A stretch of 63,958 bases of DNA, filler included, from Thelocarpon superellum (lineage: Eukaryota), in assembly GCA_026025795.1 (NCBI GenBank). It is 15 parts of 15 records of this genome, joined end to end, with 100 filler letters (N's around TTAATTAATTAA, not from the genome) between each part and the next. Parts side by side here need not be neighbours in the genome. Positions count along the whole stretch, not along the records: positions 8,971 to 13,320 come from JAPEUG010000751.1; positions 13,421 to 17,757 come from JAPEUG010000752.1; positions 17,858 to 22,131 come from JAPEUG010000753.1; positions 22,232 to 26,493 come from JAPEUG010000754.1; 11 more parts are not named here. One strand, written 5' to 3'. Below the pieces are notes generated by a model. The model worked only from the letters and a program-made list of their open reading frames with translations, was not told where the DNA came from and made no database searches. Numbering within the stretch: the stretch's first letter is position 1; every line of letters starts with the position of its first letter. Positions 12,731 to 24,074 of this stretch are shown one piece after another. The position numbers and the translations under genes are program-made.

Positions 12731-15224
12731 GCGACTCGTAACTAAATCACCCAATCAATACTACATCTCTGGTCACGCCCCTCGTTCTCAACAATTACTG
12801 AGCGAAAGCAAACAAGATTTAATCTGTATTCGTAGTTATTCCGGAATTATGATACCCTCATCAGCATCCGCGAAAGGCACAGGCCGGGGATAACAGAAAG
12901 CTCCTGTCATAGCCGTGGATTCCAGTGCTGGAGAAGATGGCAGTAGGGACAAAGGCATTTACGATAACCAATTATTTCCCCATTGGGATTTCACCATCCA
13001 GAACCTCGGCTCTGAGGTGACCAATGACTGTTGTATGATCATGGTTGAAGACTTCAAGTCTGTGGTGTCCTAATAGACAACAACCCTAAGCATTGCTTGG
13101 ACCAATCTTCTTGAATACACCCAAAGACTGTTTGGCAGTGCCTTTGCTAGTGCCTTTGCCTGCACTGATAAGGACTGTCTTCTAGACTATGAATGGGTGG
13201 CTTGAAGATTTGGAGACTTTGGCTTAGTGTGACAACAAGGCCTACAGCTAGGCAGAAATGGTAGACATTATTGATAGAAGTTGATTATGTAGCTTTTAGA
13301 GCTCATACACCTATTTCTAANNNNNNNNNNNNNNNNNNNNNNNNNNNNNNNNNNNNNNNNNNNNTTAATTAATTAANNNNNNNNNNNNNNNNNNNNNNNN
13401 NNNNNNNNNNNNNNNNNNNNACGAGCGCGACCGTTGAATCGCGAGACGGACGGGATCCCACGGGCCAGCCGTGGTGCTACCCAGCGCAGCAGCAGATCCT
13501 CCGACTGCAGCGACTGGCTACAGTACGAGTAATCAGTCGTTATCATCCATTGACAAAGTAGCATCTACCAGGACGAGTAGTCTCACGCAGACGCTGGACG
13601 TGGGGGAGAGGATACTTCGACGCTTCGATGCGTGGGCGGACCAGGCGCATGCGTGTGTAGTGACAGCATCTCCTTCCACCACCGCCATCCATCTCTCGGC
13701 ACTTCGCAAATTACTCGGCTGGACCGCTTCCGTACGCCGCCACTGTACTCGTCCAGTAATGCTCGCACCACCGATGTCCGTCTACCATCATCTCGACCCG
13801 TCGGCCGGATCCGAATCCCATTTGCTACCACATCGGCTACCTGTCGTGGTGTGACTACTCGAAAATGCCCAGTCCGCTCTGTAAGCTTCCGCTACGTTGC
13901 GTTGGAGTTCTCCTCCGCCGGGCGTTTACTTCATAATGCTGGTGGCTCCTACAGATGCTTCCTGCCCACATCAGAGTGCACGTCGGTGGTAAGGATCTCG
14001 TCCCGTGCATGATCTCATGTCGGTACGAGATGGCAAGTGACAGCAGCTGGTTCAACGTGCTGGCCCACGCCTTACCGCAGAGCGAGGGCGCGCTCCTACA
14101 GCTCTAACCTGATGCTCGTGTTTTTCAGCGTAAGTGGTTTTAGTAGGCGACCTAAAGTCCACCACCAGACGGCGCGATGACGTCGTCGGGCTCCAGTGGG
14201 GAATTTTCCTCGCCTGCGCCGTGCTCGCCCTCAGATGAGTAGGGGGCCCTCCCAGCGCGTGAGAAGTGCTCGCATCGAATGCGACCACGATCAGTAAAGT
14301 CGGTGGGTGGTCCGCAAAATCCTGCCATATGAACTTCACAAGCATGCAACATCGAGTTTTGCGTCCTATTCACAGCAGTTTGTCCCATCTGTATTTCCGT
14401 TTGCCCCACATATCACTACATGTTTTTTATGTCTTCTCGTCCTGTTCTATTCAACAGCCTCATTCAGTTCAGCCGAACGCGACGGTGCGTCTACTTTGCT
14501 CTTGTCTTTCTCGTTCTCGTGTTTCGTACTGCGTTCAGGTGTTGCGTGTCGCTATGGGACAGAATAGAATACGGAAGTGTTGAGCGAGGTGAGAAAGGGT
14601 GGAGGGAAGGAAAGTATCAGGTCAGGCGTCCAGGTAGGCCCCTCCCTGCGGTGCTCACAGTACAGTATCACTATACGGTATTCAGCTAGGCCAATCAAAT
14701 CCGATCAGATCCTCCAGGGTACCTAAACAGTACACAGAAAGGATCCCATTACTGTGCCTGTCATGTGCTCGTCATGAGGGTGATCGGTTTGGGTCCTTGG
14801 ATGTACGCCGACTAGTTTCCAAGAGTGGTTTCTCTCGGTCCCCCACACCTCATACGGACCGGGATCATCAGGGGATAAGCGCCCTCTAGGAATACATCTA
14901 AGCATGAGACGCATAACCGAGGCCGCTCGAGCCGAAAGGGGATGATTTAAAAAGTAGAAAAACGTAGGGGACTGATGAATTTTGGTATTATCGTGACTTG
15001 TAGCGGGTCTCGCTCTCGTTCTCGTGCAGGTAGATGCGGGAAAGTAGCATTCGTCATACGGCACGCATTGCGCTGTCATCGCTATCCCCTTGAAGTCTTG
15101 TAGTCTCTGTCCCTCCGCGCCCCTCCGCGCCCCTCTCATCCTCCCTTCTCTGCAGCAGTCCGTCCACCCACACCACTCTCTCTCCCATTTGAATTGCCCT
15201 ACTCCCCTGGGTCGCTCTCTTCCT

Positions 15225-16947
15225 CTACATCGCGCCCAGATCGTCCCCGTCGATAGCAGCTAGTAGCTCATTCGGTGTCGTGCCGAGGCTCTCGGATGGT
15301 TCCTCGGCGATGGCGCGGTATTGTAGGTTGGATGGGGCGCCCGTTAGCGTCGCACGGGGTGTTCTGGTGACGTTTCAATGGACGGATCACAGCGTCCTGA
15401 GGGTTGGCGTGGTGTGTGATCGCGGTAAAACGCGTTGAGGGGGGAGATACAGCGTTTCAGGATTGGGCGTTGGGCCGGGTGATGCGTCCACTGAGCAGAC
15501 GGGAAACAGTGTTCGGAGGTTGAGTGTCGCGGCGGTTGATAGGATGGGTTACAGGACGAGAGAGGGCGTTCTCTTCCAGGGCGTCGCGCGTGGCGGTCCG
15601 ATGGCCTTGAGAAGAAGGGCCGGCGGTCTGAGGCTCGGCATCGACGCTGGTCGGGGTGACAACGATCTTGGGGCGGAGGGATGTTATGGAACTTGAACTT
15701 GCGGAGGATCTCTGCTTCCCGTCAGTTCGTCGTCACACATGAGCGGCTGACAGCCTAGGCGGCAAGATCGACCTACCGTCACTTCGATAGAAGAATGTGA
15801 ATCGGGCGTGAAACCTCTCGTTGGGATCGTATGGCTTCAACGAGTGAACAAAGCCCGGTTGGTAGCCCCGTTTCTGCTGGTCGAATACACTGTTGATGTC
15901 TGGTAGATTAGGGAAGGTGGTCCGGAGAAAGAGAGACATACGTGACATTTTCGCTGTTGCCACTCACATACACGTCGAGATTCTCGTTCTTATCATGACC
16001 AACGCCGGGCAATGGAAGTCGACGTGCTTCGACGATGACACGCTCGAGGATGACGGCGATATTGCCTACCTCATCTTTCTTGGCCCGCGGCCGATGCTGT
16101 TCCAACGTGGCTAGCTGCATCGAATATAACAGCTCGATCTCATCCGGGCTCTGCGTGCTTAGCTGGGCGACATGATCATCTCCATGAACGAATCCATCCA
16201 AGAAGGTGCCAATGCCTGCTTCTTTGAAGGCCCAGCCACGCTGCTGCACTATCCCGTTCAGCTCGAGCAGTGTCCGCTTCATAGAGACCGCCCCGAGAGT
16301 TGGACGGACGGACTGATTCTGCGGGTTCAGGAAGACGCATAAACGGCGCCGAGCCGTCCTTTGTCCGTCGAAATAGACGGATATGATCAAGTCATAAAGT
16401 GGGCTAGCCAAGTGAGTCAATGTGGAAGCTGGACCACGACGGGCCCGCGGGCCAATCCGACCGTCTTCGCGTGGCAGCATCTCGGTGTGGGCTACGCAAG
16501 GAGTCAGCGTTATATCCCAGCAGTCTTGCAGCTTTCCACTCACATCCGGCGGCCGGCCTGTCGGAGGGGTTTTCCTCCACCTTGATCTTGGTCGACTCCA
16601 CCTCGGGCTCCTCCACCTTGACCGGGCCGACCGAGGTCAAGGAAGAGAGCTAGTTATTGGGAGTGTCACGCGTAGATGCCAGCCTAGCCGACGGATGTTC
16701 AACCTGGTATGGAACTCGAGGCTAGACGCTGATGCGGAAGGGCATGTCCTGGGTAGCCTGGACACAGGTACTGATTCTGTCTTTGCTTCTCAAAAATCGC
16801 GTTTCCTCATTCCGGGAGCTCGTGTTCGTCCTTCGTTCGAATGATGCGGACGGTGATGCCATGCAGCTCCAGCCTTTTGAAGAGATTGCGTCGTACGAAT
16901 GACAACTGCTGGACCGAGAGAGGTGGAGGGTCCGTCAAGAGGAGCAT
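15225..16947 (-). pseudogene. Disrupted gene of a fungal hypothetical family (DUF7918-like)
   Basis: Spliced reconstruction LELHGITVRII..LPE*G..RISTCVQATQDMPFRISV*PRVPY..SVYFDG..WAFKEAGI..VGNIAVILERV..RFHARFTFFYRSD|EILRKF; in-frame stops at 16807, 16722 and 16650, plus a +1 frameshift in the A5 run 16792-16796; family name is from recall. Confidence 0.6.
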
Positions 16948-17857
16948 AGAGGATCAGAGCGTGGGTCCAACTATGGAGGACGTTATGCTGTCTCTATCAC
17001 GCCACGGGAGGAGACCCACGAGGGGGGGGGGTCAAGAAGTGGAGCTGTGGTCCAGGGCGGGAAGTGGAAGTTGATGTGAGAAGTGGATGTTTGGGGGAAG
17101 CGGATGTTGTTGTAAGAGTCTGCCTCGTCCACCGCCGTGCCTTGCGCGGAGCACGATAGACTAAGAGATACGACTAATCGACCGGGACGACAGATCAAGA
17201 GGGTCGACAAATCGAGAGAGGCGGTGCTAGTCAGGGCAGTGCATGAAACAGCGATATGTGAACGGCGTGGGATCACAGGATGCGAGTACAGCGAGGCACA
17301 GGAGCGTGTGACTCGAGCAGAAGAAGAGTGAGGATGACCGAAGTCTCCGAGGTGCGGTCGATGATGTGCAGGCTCGGCGAAGGCGGTGGAATGTAAAGTA
17401 CAAGGAGGCGTTTACGTGCCGGGAGATAACACGCGTAGGGGAGCATGCACAAAGAGAAGGCGCGAAGACGATGCACGGAGAGGTGCGCGACTCATCCTGC
17501 CGATATTTATGGTTCGTGATTGGCGTGAGTGGGCCGGAAAGCTTGAGAAGAGAGATACGTGTTCGATGAGACGGCCACAGTCACGCAGAGACAAGGAAAG
17601 GGCACATCACATGGATCTTGTGGCATGATTATGGGCATGGCCAAATGAACAGAATGACATGTTTAACGAGGAAAGAAAGGGGCGTCCTGCTCGTGGCGGA
17701 GGCATGTCCCGACGCCCAACCGTGCCCCACCAAACCCATGAGATATCCAACAACGCCNNNNNNNNNNNNNNNNNNNNNNNNNNNNNNNNNNNNNNNNNNN
17801 NTTAATTAATTAANNNNNNNNNNNNNNNNNNNNNNNNNNNNNNNNNNNNNNNNNNNN

Positions 17858-19382
17858 ACCTCGAGTTCGATCTCGTGGAAGAGTTCCTCGGGAATGGAGG
17901 ACAGCACGGCCTGCAGCGCGTCGATCTGAGATCCCATCTCGCTCTCCTTGCCGGACGCGTACATGAATGCGTTGCTGAGAACGAGCAGGGTCGAGGGCAC
18001 GCCGTACTTCAGGCGCAGGTCGAGCCACATCTGTAGGTCGTCGCGCAGCCGCGCCGGGCTGACGCCGTGGGTGCGCAGACCGCGCGAGGCGCACGCCATT
18101 TGGAGCTCCGGCACCGAGAGCGAGTCGACCCCTTCGAAGCTGATGGCGCGGTCGTCTCGCTTGATTTGCCGCATGCGATGTCGGATCTGGTATCGTAGCA
18201 TCATGTCTGTTCCGAACGTGTTGAGGTTCATGTACCGCGTCATTCCCACCAGCTGCGGCCGGGACAGATTGTCCAACGTCAAGTCGTCCTTGAAAATCTT
18301 GCATACTTTGATCACATCGTCTTGCGTCGGTGACTCTCCGGTTGCTCGGACCTGCGATGGTCAGATGGTGGGAGGGAGTGAAGGGGGTGGGAGATGATGT
18401 GGCACACCTTGCGGAAGAACTCGATGAAACCTTCTCGCTGCGCATTGACCGAGCTGACGGGAAGCCCCGACTCTTTCAGCGTGTCGCGCAAGAAGCTGCT
18501 GACTTCCTTCCTGGTCGCCCGGAGGCTGTTGACCTTGGCTTCCTTGGACTTCTGTCCCTCGTACGTGCTGGGGAGGAGGTTCGGAAAGAGTCGTAGCGCT
18601 ACAGGCAGAAGCAGTTCGGCGAACGGCACGATCACAAAGACCGAAAAGGGCACCAGTCGACCGAGGTCTTGCACGGTTCGTTGCAGCTAAGTTGTGTTAG
18701 TCGTGATCGTACCCGCAGGGAACTTCCTCACCTGTCGATGCTCTCGACGGCTGAGCTCGTATCCCGCCGCCATCTTCAGTGCCAACTTCACACTGATCTT
18801 CACCTCCGTTGCCAACAGCATCGTGCCATCCCAGTAGTGCATCACCTCCCTCTTGATCTTTTGCACCAGCGTCAGCTTCTTCTCCTCCTTCTTCGCCTCC
18901 ACTTTTTGTTCCGATGACCTGGCGCTCGTCGCCTTTTCCGTCGTCATCTGCGTCAAGCTTTTCTCCTCCGCCGTCGTCTCGGACTTGACCGCACTCTTGG
19001 ACACGCCATTCGATTCGGCGGTGGCGGACGAGGCCGACGCAGCCTTGGTGGACTTTTCCTGCGGTGGTGGTCGTTTGGCCGCTTCCGCGTTGAATCCTGG
19101 TGGAGGCACAGCCGGTATCCCGCCAGAGGACGTCGACGTCTCGGTCGAAAGAGTCCGACGTGACATCAAGACGGCGATGGCCGGCACATGGGCCGGAAGT
19201 CCTCGCGCATTTCGACGAAGGTAGGCCGAGAAGGCGGGAGGTGGGTTGATGGATGGACGAACGGGGGTGCGCACTATGACCGTCAGCTCTGTCGAGACAC
19301 CCATCGTCGATCTGGTCCTACCGCCGGTGGACCAGGCGTGGCTCGCCGAGGCATTCCGTAGGAGCTTCGCGGGAGCGCTCAT
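17858..19382 (-). CDS. MDM38: LETM1/Mdm38 mitochondrial inner-membrane protein, 3' truncated at contig edge; introns about 19274-19321, 18687-18731, 18352-18407
   Basis: HYWDGT.LL..EVKIS.KLALKMAAGYELSRREHRQ, DLGRLVPFSVFVIVPFAELLLPVALRLFPNLLPSTYE, DDLTLDNLSRPQL; Arg/Ser-rich N-terminal presequence. Confidence 0.95.
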
Positions 19383-19804
19383 GGCGGCGATGGTGATGGC
19401 AGCGCTTCAAGACTGATGTCCTAGGTGGGAGATATGGGCGCCATGGGTGTCGACCGTGGGAACTTGGAAAGGTTGGTCGGATGCAGTAAGCTTGATAATG
19501 AAGGAGTGGCTGAAGCTACATATGCCCAATAATACGAGAGACTCTGTCGCTGAACACGGACGCCAACAGGCGTCATCATTGGATGATTACCTAAGCCTTT
19601 CGCCCATTCTTTTCCGCGGCGGCACCCGCCGGGATTCATGTTACCACGGGACGCGTGCTTCTCGGCACTCGCCTCGCATCGCTGACTCAAACTCAGGTCC
19701 ACAAACCACATTTTGCTTCTCGGCTCAGCTCACAGACCAACAAGACGCCTTGCTGTCTATGGAAGATGGTATGCAGCGTGCACATTGACTTTGATCATGC
19801 TCAT

Positions 19805-21234
19805 CTAAAGCTTCCCATCATAGATGTCCCGAGCCCACTTGGTGTATTGCGAGTCAACCCCGGCGTTTCCATCCGTCAATGTAGCAAACATCGCCCGACA
19901 AAAGTAGTCCGATCTCTTCTGCGCCCACCAAAAGCTCTCTGGCAATAGTTTCGACACGGTCAAGTAAAAGAGCAGCAACAAAATTTGAGCGGTGCGGTCG
20001 TTCCGTCTGGTGGACTCCACTAAGCCAGCCTCGCATTTCACCGGCCACGAGAAGAGCAGGCGCCCCATGTCGGTCCACAATTCGGGGAGCTCGACCAGGC
20101 CGCGAGTCTGCTTCAAGATGGAAAGGGCTGGGATCAAGCGGATTGCGGCGTCCATGTATGCCGAAAAGTCCTCGTCGCTGGCGTCCGGGCTGCTGGTGCC
20201 CCAATAGCAGTCGACAAAGAAGGCTTCAAGCTCTACCGGAAACGTCGTCCTCTCCGAGTATTGTCGGATGGTGCTGGTGGGTCGATGGCAAAGCATCGGC
20301 TGGAAGAAGTAGATGTCTCGCATGGGCATAGTGGCCAGGAGTACTCGTCTTAGGCCAGTGGAGAGGGCAAAGAGGTGGTCCATTCCAAGATCGAGATGGT
20401 GCTCGTCCAATGGATTCTGGAAGTCAAGGCAAGTCCATGCATGATGAAAGAGCAGCAGGGAGCTGGAGATCAGGGTGCTGGCGTTGGACTCGCTGAGGGG
20501 TGCCGAAAGTGCACTCCGCAGTCCGTGGAGCGCCTGCGAGACGTGGTGGAGCTCCGCTTGACGTTCGGTTGGATCATCGGGCTTGAGGTATCGAAGATGA
20601 GACGCAGCCATGGTGAGAACGGCATGCATCAGATACTCGTTCTGGACGAAATCAGGTCTCCTTCCTGCCCTTAAAGGTCTATTTACATCATACCTCCAGG
20701 GCAAGTGGTATGACCTTGCCTCTCCAGAAGTCAGGGCCAAACGTCAACGTCTCGGCCGTGACGGTGGTAAAATGATGGAAGTGTCTCATGTGTAACAGAC
20801 TCATGCGCGGCATCGCGTTGTCTCCAAGCACGATCGCAGACGACGGAGGCAGGACCGGGCTCGGCATAGAGCCCAGGCCGGCCGCGGGAGCCACGCGTCG
20901 AGTCGGAGACGTCGCTGACGACCCTCTTCGCGATGCGGCCTTGATTGTGCATCGCTGACCCCGTTTGACACAGTTCCGGCAAGAGGGCAACGCCTCGTCA
21001 CACTGCATGCGAGCACTGGTCAGATGGTGAGGCGCGGCCAGCGGGTTGGAGCGTCTTCAAGCTTGCCTTGATCTTCCGCTTCTTACACCCCTCACATCCC
21101 GTCCTCGACTTGGTGTGTTGACGGCGCTGACGGATCAGCTGTCCATCTTGATCGACGTCTGGATCAAGCGGATCACCCGCTAGGCTAAAGAACGAGTACA
21201 AGCCAGCCGGCGCAGACCGTACGCTCGGGTCCAT
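19805..21234 (-). CDS. Zn(II)2Cys6 transcription factor (Upc2/Ecm22-like C6 family); introns 21003-21066 (GC-AG) and 20642-20693
   Basis: RRQHTKSRTGCEGCKKRKIK|CDEALPSCRNCVKRGQRC zinc cluster; L.HHF...TA.TL and EYLMHAVL..AASHL middle homology region. Confidence 0.9.
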
Positions 21235-21767
21235 AGGGAAGGGAAAGTTGACAGGACACAAGTAAAGGGTCAAGAGCCTTGGGCCTGACGAGAATCCTCG
21301 TATACCAGAATCGTCTGAACGAGGGGCGGCAGCTGAAGAATCCCTTTCATAGACATCAGTCAACACAAGCAATGGACCGCGTCAGCGTGCGTCTATTACA
21401 TCGCGAGAGCTGTATAGCCTGGCCGTCCGGGCCCCGTCCTCTAGACATAGAGCCCCTAAGTCGGATCGGGAATACGAGATGCCCGCCAACCACGTCGTAT
21501 TCCCAATTGGTCGCAGCCTCTCTCCCATCAGCCATCAGGTACCATCGAAGCTTCCCCATTATTCCCACGTCGGAATTCGCGACGAATGAATGACGTCGAG
21601 AGATTGAATTGCAGCTCAGACCCTTCTTCTCCAGGCTCATGGCTGCGTGCTGCTGTGTGTAAGGAGTAGTTGGCAGGTTCTCCACCAGATGCCAAAGACA
21701 GTTCCCAAGCTCCCCACCCTCCCCGTAACCGTAGCCCTCCACAAGACCACTCTCCACAATCACTACC

Positions 21768-22131
21768 TTACCCGGCATTCTCTCGTCCCGATTCTTCGTC
21801 TCTCTACCCTAATCTACCGCTGATATGACCAACCAGACCGCCATTCTGACTGGTTCTACTGCCGGTCTGGGTCGAGAGGCGGCCTGACATCTCGTATGAC
21901 TCGGCGCAGAGCGAGTCATCCTTGCCGTCAGAAGCACCGAAAAGGGCGAGCAAGCGAAGAAGTCGATCGAGGATTTCACGGGTCGGCACGGCATGGTCAA
22001 AGTCTGGAATCTCGACCAGACCAGCTATCCTCCAGTGCAGGCTTTCGCGCAACGGGGAACCAATGAATCGCGGCGCTTGGACTGCGTCATCGAGAACGCC
22101 GCCATAGCTACCCGATCCTCCAGCGCCGTGG
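21768..22131 (+). pseudogene. Short-chain dehydrogenase/reductase (retinol-dehydrogenase-like) pseudogene, 5' part
   Basis: SRFFVSLP*STADMTNQTAILTGSTAGLGREAA*HLV*LGAERVILAVRSTEKGEQAK..WNLD....V.AFA..RLDCVIENAAI; Rossmann TGxxxGLG motif with stops at 21810, 21885, 21897. Confidence 0.85.
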
Positions 22132-22231
22132 NNNNNNNNNNNNNNNNNNNNNNNNNNNNNNNNNNNNNNNNNNNNTTAATTAATTAANNNNNNNNNNNNN
22201 NNNNNNNNNNNNNNNNNNNNNNNNNNNNNNN

Positions 22232-22290
22232 GGTATACGGAGCATGGTAGGTATACGGAGCATGGTAGGTATACGGAGTACGGTAGGTAA
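22232..22290 (+). repeat. 18-bp tandem repeat (GGTATACGGAGCATGGTA) x3+, at contig edge in the RPT5 3' flank
   Basis: Read directly; third copy has 2 mismatches. Confidence 0.9.
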
Positions 22291-22320
22291 GTCAAAGTCG
22301 CTGTATGTCTATCCAGCCAG

Positions 22321-23799
22321 CTAAGCGTAGAAATTGACCGTATCCTTCTTCTTGGCCTGCACCTCCGCAATGGCATCGACGTAGTTCTCATGCGAGATCT
22401 TGACCTGGCCCGTCCGGAGCGCGATCATGCCCGCCTCGACGCAGACGGCCTTGAGCTGGGCGCCGCCGAACTCGTCCGTCGATCGCGCCAGTTCCATCCA
22501 GTTCACGGCGTCGTCGACCGTCATTTTGCGCGAGTGGATGCGCAGGATCTGCGCCCGCGCTTCTTCGTTGGGTAGGGGAAACTCGATCTTGCGGTCCAGA
22601 CGGCCAGAGCGGAGGAGAGCCGGGTCGAGCACGTCCACTCGGTTCGTGGCCGCCAGGACCTTGACCCGGTCGTCGGACGCGAAGCCGTCGAGTTGGTTCA
22701 GCAGTTCCAGCATCGTGCGCTGCACTTCGCGGTCGCCCGACTTTTCCGAGTCGAATCGCTTGGTGCCGATGGCGTCGAGCTCGTCGATGAAGATGATCGC
22801 CGGTGCCTTTTCCTTGGCCAACGCAAAGGCGTCGCGCACCAGCTTGGCCCCGTCGCCGATGAACATCTGGACCAGCTGGGGGCCGGCCAGCTTGAGAAAG
22901 GTCGCTTCTGTCTGGGCGGCGCACGCTCGTGCCAGGAGTGTCTTGCCCGTTCCTGGGGGCCCGTACATCAGGGCGCCTAGGTCGGAATGAGCTTGATCCT
23001 TGGGACGAGGGAAGAGGAGAGTGAAAGGGAATCATACCCTTGGGAGCCTTGATGCCAATCTTCTTGAATCGCTCCGCCTCCTTCATCGGCCAGACCACCG
23101 CTTCCACCAGCTCCTCGATCTGCTTGTCCAGCCCTCCCACATCCGTGTACTTCTCCTTGGGCTTCTCGTCCACCTCCATCGCTTTGACTCGACTGTCGTA
23201 CTCTGCGGGGAGGATGTCCAGCACCAGGTAGGAATCCTTGTTGACCCCGATCATGTCGCCAGGCTTGAGCTTGTCGGCATCCACCAGCCCGATCAGCGGG
23301 AGGAAGATGGTCTGTCGGGTCGACGTCTTGATCACCGCCGACTGCCCCACGCGAGTGGCGTCTAGATCGATGTTGGCGCCCTCTTCCGCCGCCTCGGCCG
23401 TAGGGTCCATCTTCAAGAGCTCCACGATGTTGCCCACGAGGTAGGGAAGTTGTCTAACGACGCGTCAGCTGGCGCGTAATAGTCCCATGTGAGGAAGCTT
23501 TACCGGTTATTCACAATCTTGTCCTGGTTCTCCTTGATCTTCTCGTTCATCGCGCTCTTCTCGTGCGTCAACCGCTGGTGTTCACTCCGCATAATCCGTA
23601 GATCGTTTTCCAGTAACCGCCGTCGCATCGTGATGTCTTGCGTGCTTGAGTGTAGGATCTCGTCATCGATCAGACTGGCATCCTTGTCCTCGCCCGCGTC
23701 TTGCATCTCCGCATCTCCACTCTGATCCTTCTTGCCCTCATCCTTCTTGTCCTCCTTGCCTTCACGCTCGAGATCATCGAGATCTTCGAGTGTCGCCAT
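22321..23799 (-). CDS. RPT5: 26S proteasome AAA-ATPase subunit Rpt5 (6A); introns 23454-23503 and 22977-23037
   Basis: [30 protein letters not shown] (Walker A), [30 protein letters not shown] (Walker B), C-terminal FYA HbYX motif. Confidence 0.97.
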
Positions 23800-24074
23800 G
23801 TCGAACGTTTAGATGATGAAACGACCGTGGGAGCTCGGACTTGTCTAGCTGCGGGAAGCTGACAGGAAACTCTGGTCGCTTGACCACTGAGGCAATGAAG
23901 TGGAGCTCACGCGCTGCTGCACCGAACGGGCGTCGTTGTAGGCGTCGCTCGTCTTACGTATTTACGGTGCACGGCGAATCCATGACTAAGCGAGATGGAA
24001 GGTGATATGTATCGGCCTGACCTACTCCATCTGACCTTCCATCCTGCTCCGGCTTTCGTCATCCCGTCACCCAA

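Noticed and set aside
12849..13275. Protein-like frame running through the CpG-free tract
   Set aside because: About five stops in about 137 codons is close to random expectation, and no domain is recognisable
14650..15140. Lower-GC stretch with TACAGT/ACTGT motifs suggesting a Tc1/pogo terminal inverted repeat
   Set aside because: No extended inverted repeat pair or transposase-like ORF found
19805..19816. C6 transcription factor ends in GKL, resembling a PTS1
   Set aside because: Non-canonical tripeptide with acidic upstream context on a nuclear protein; likely chance
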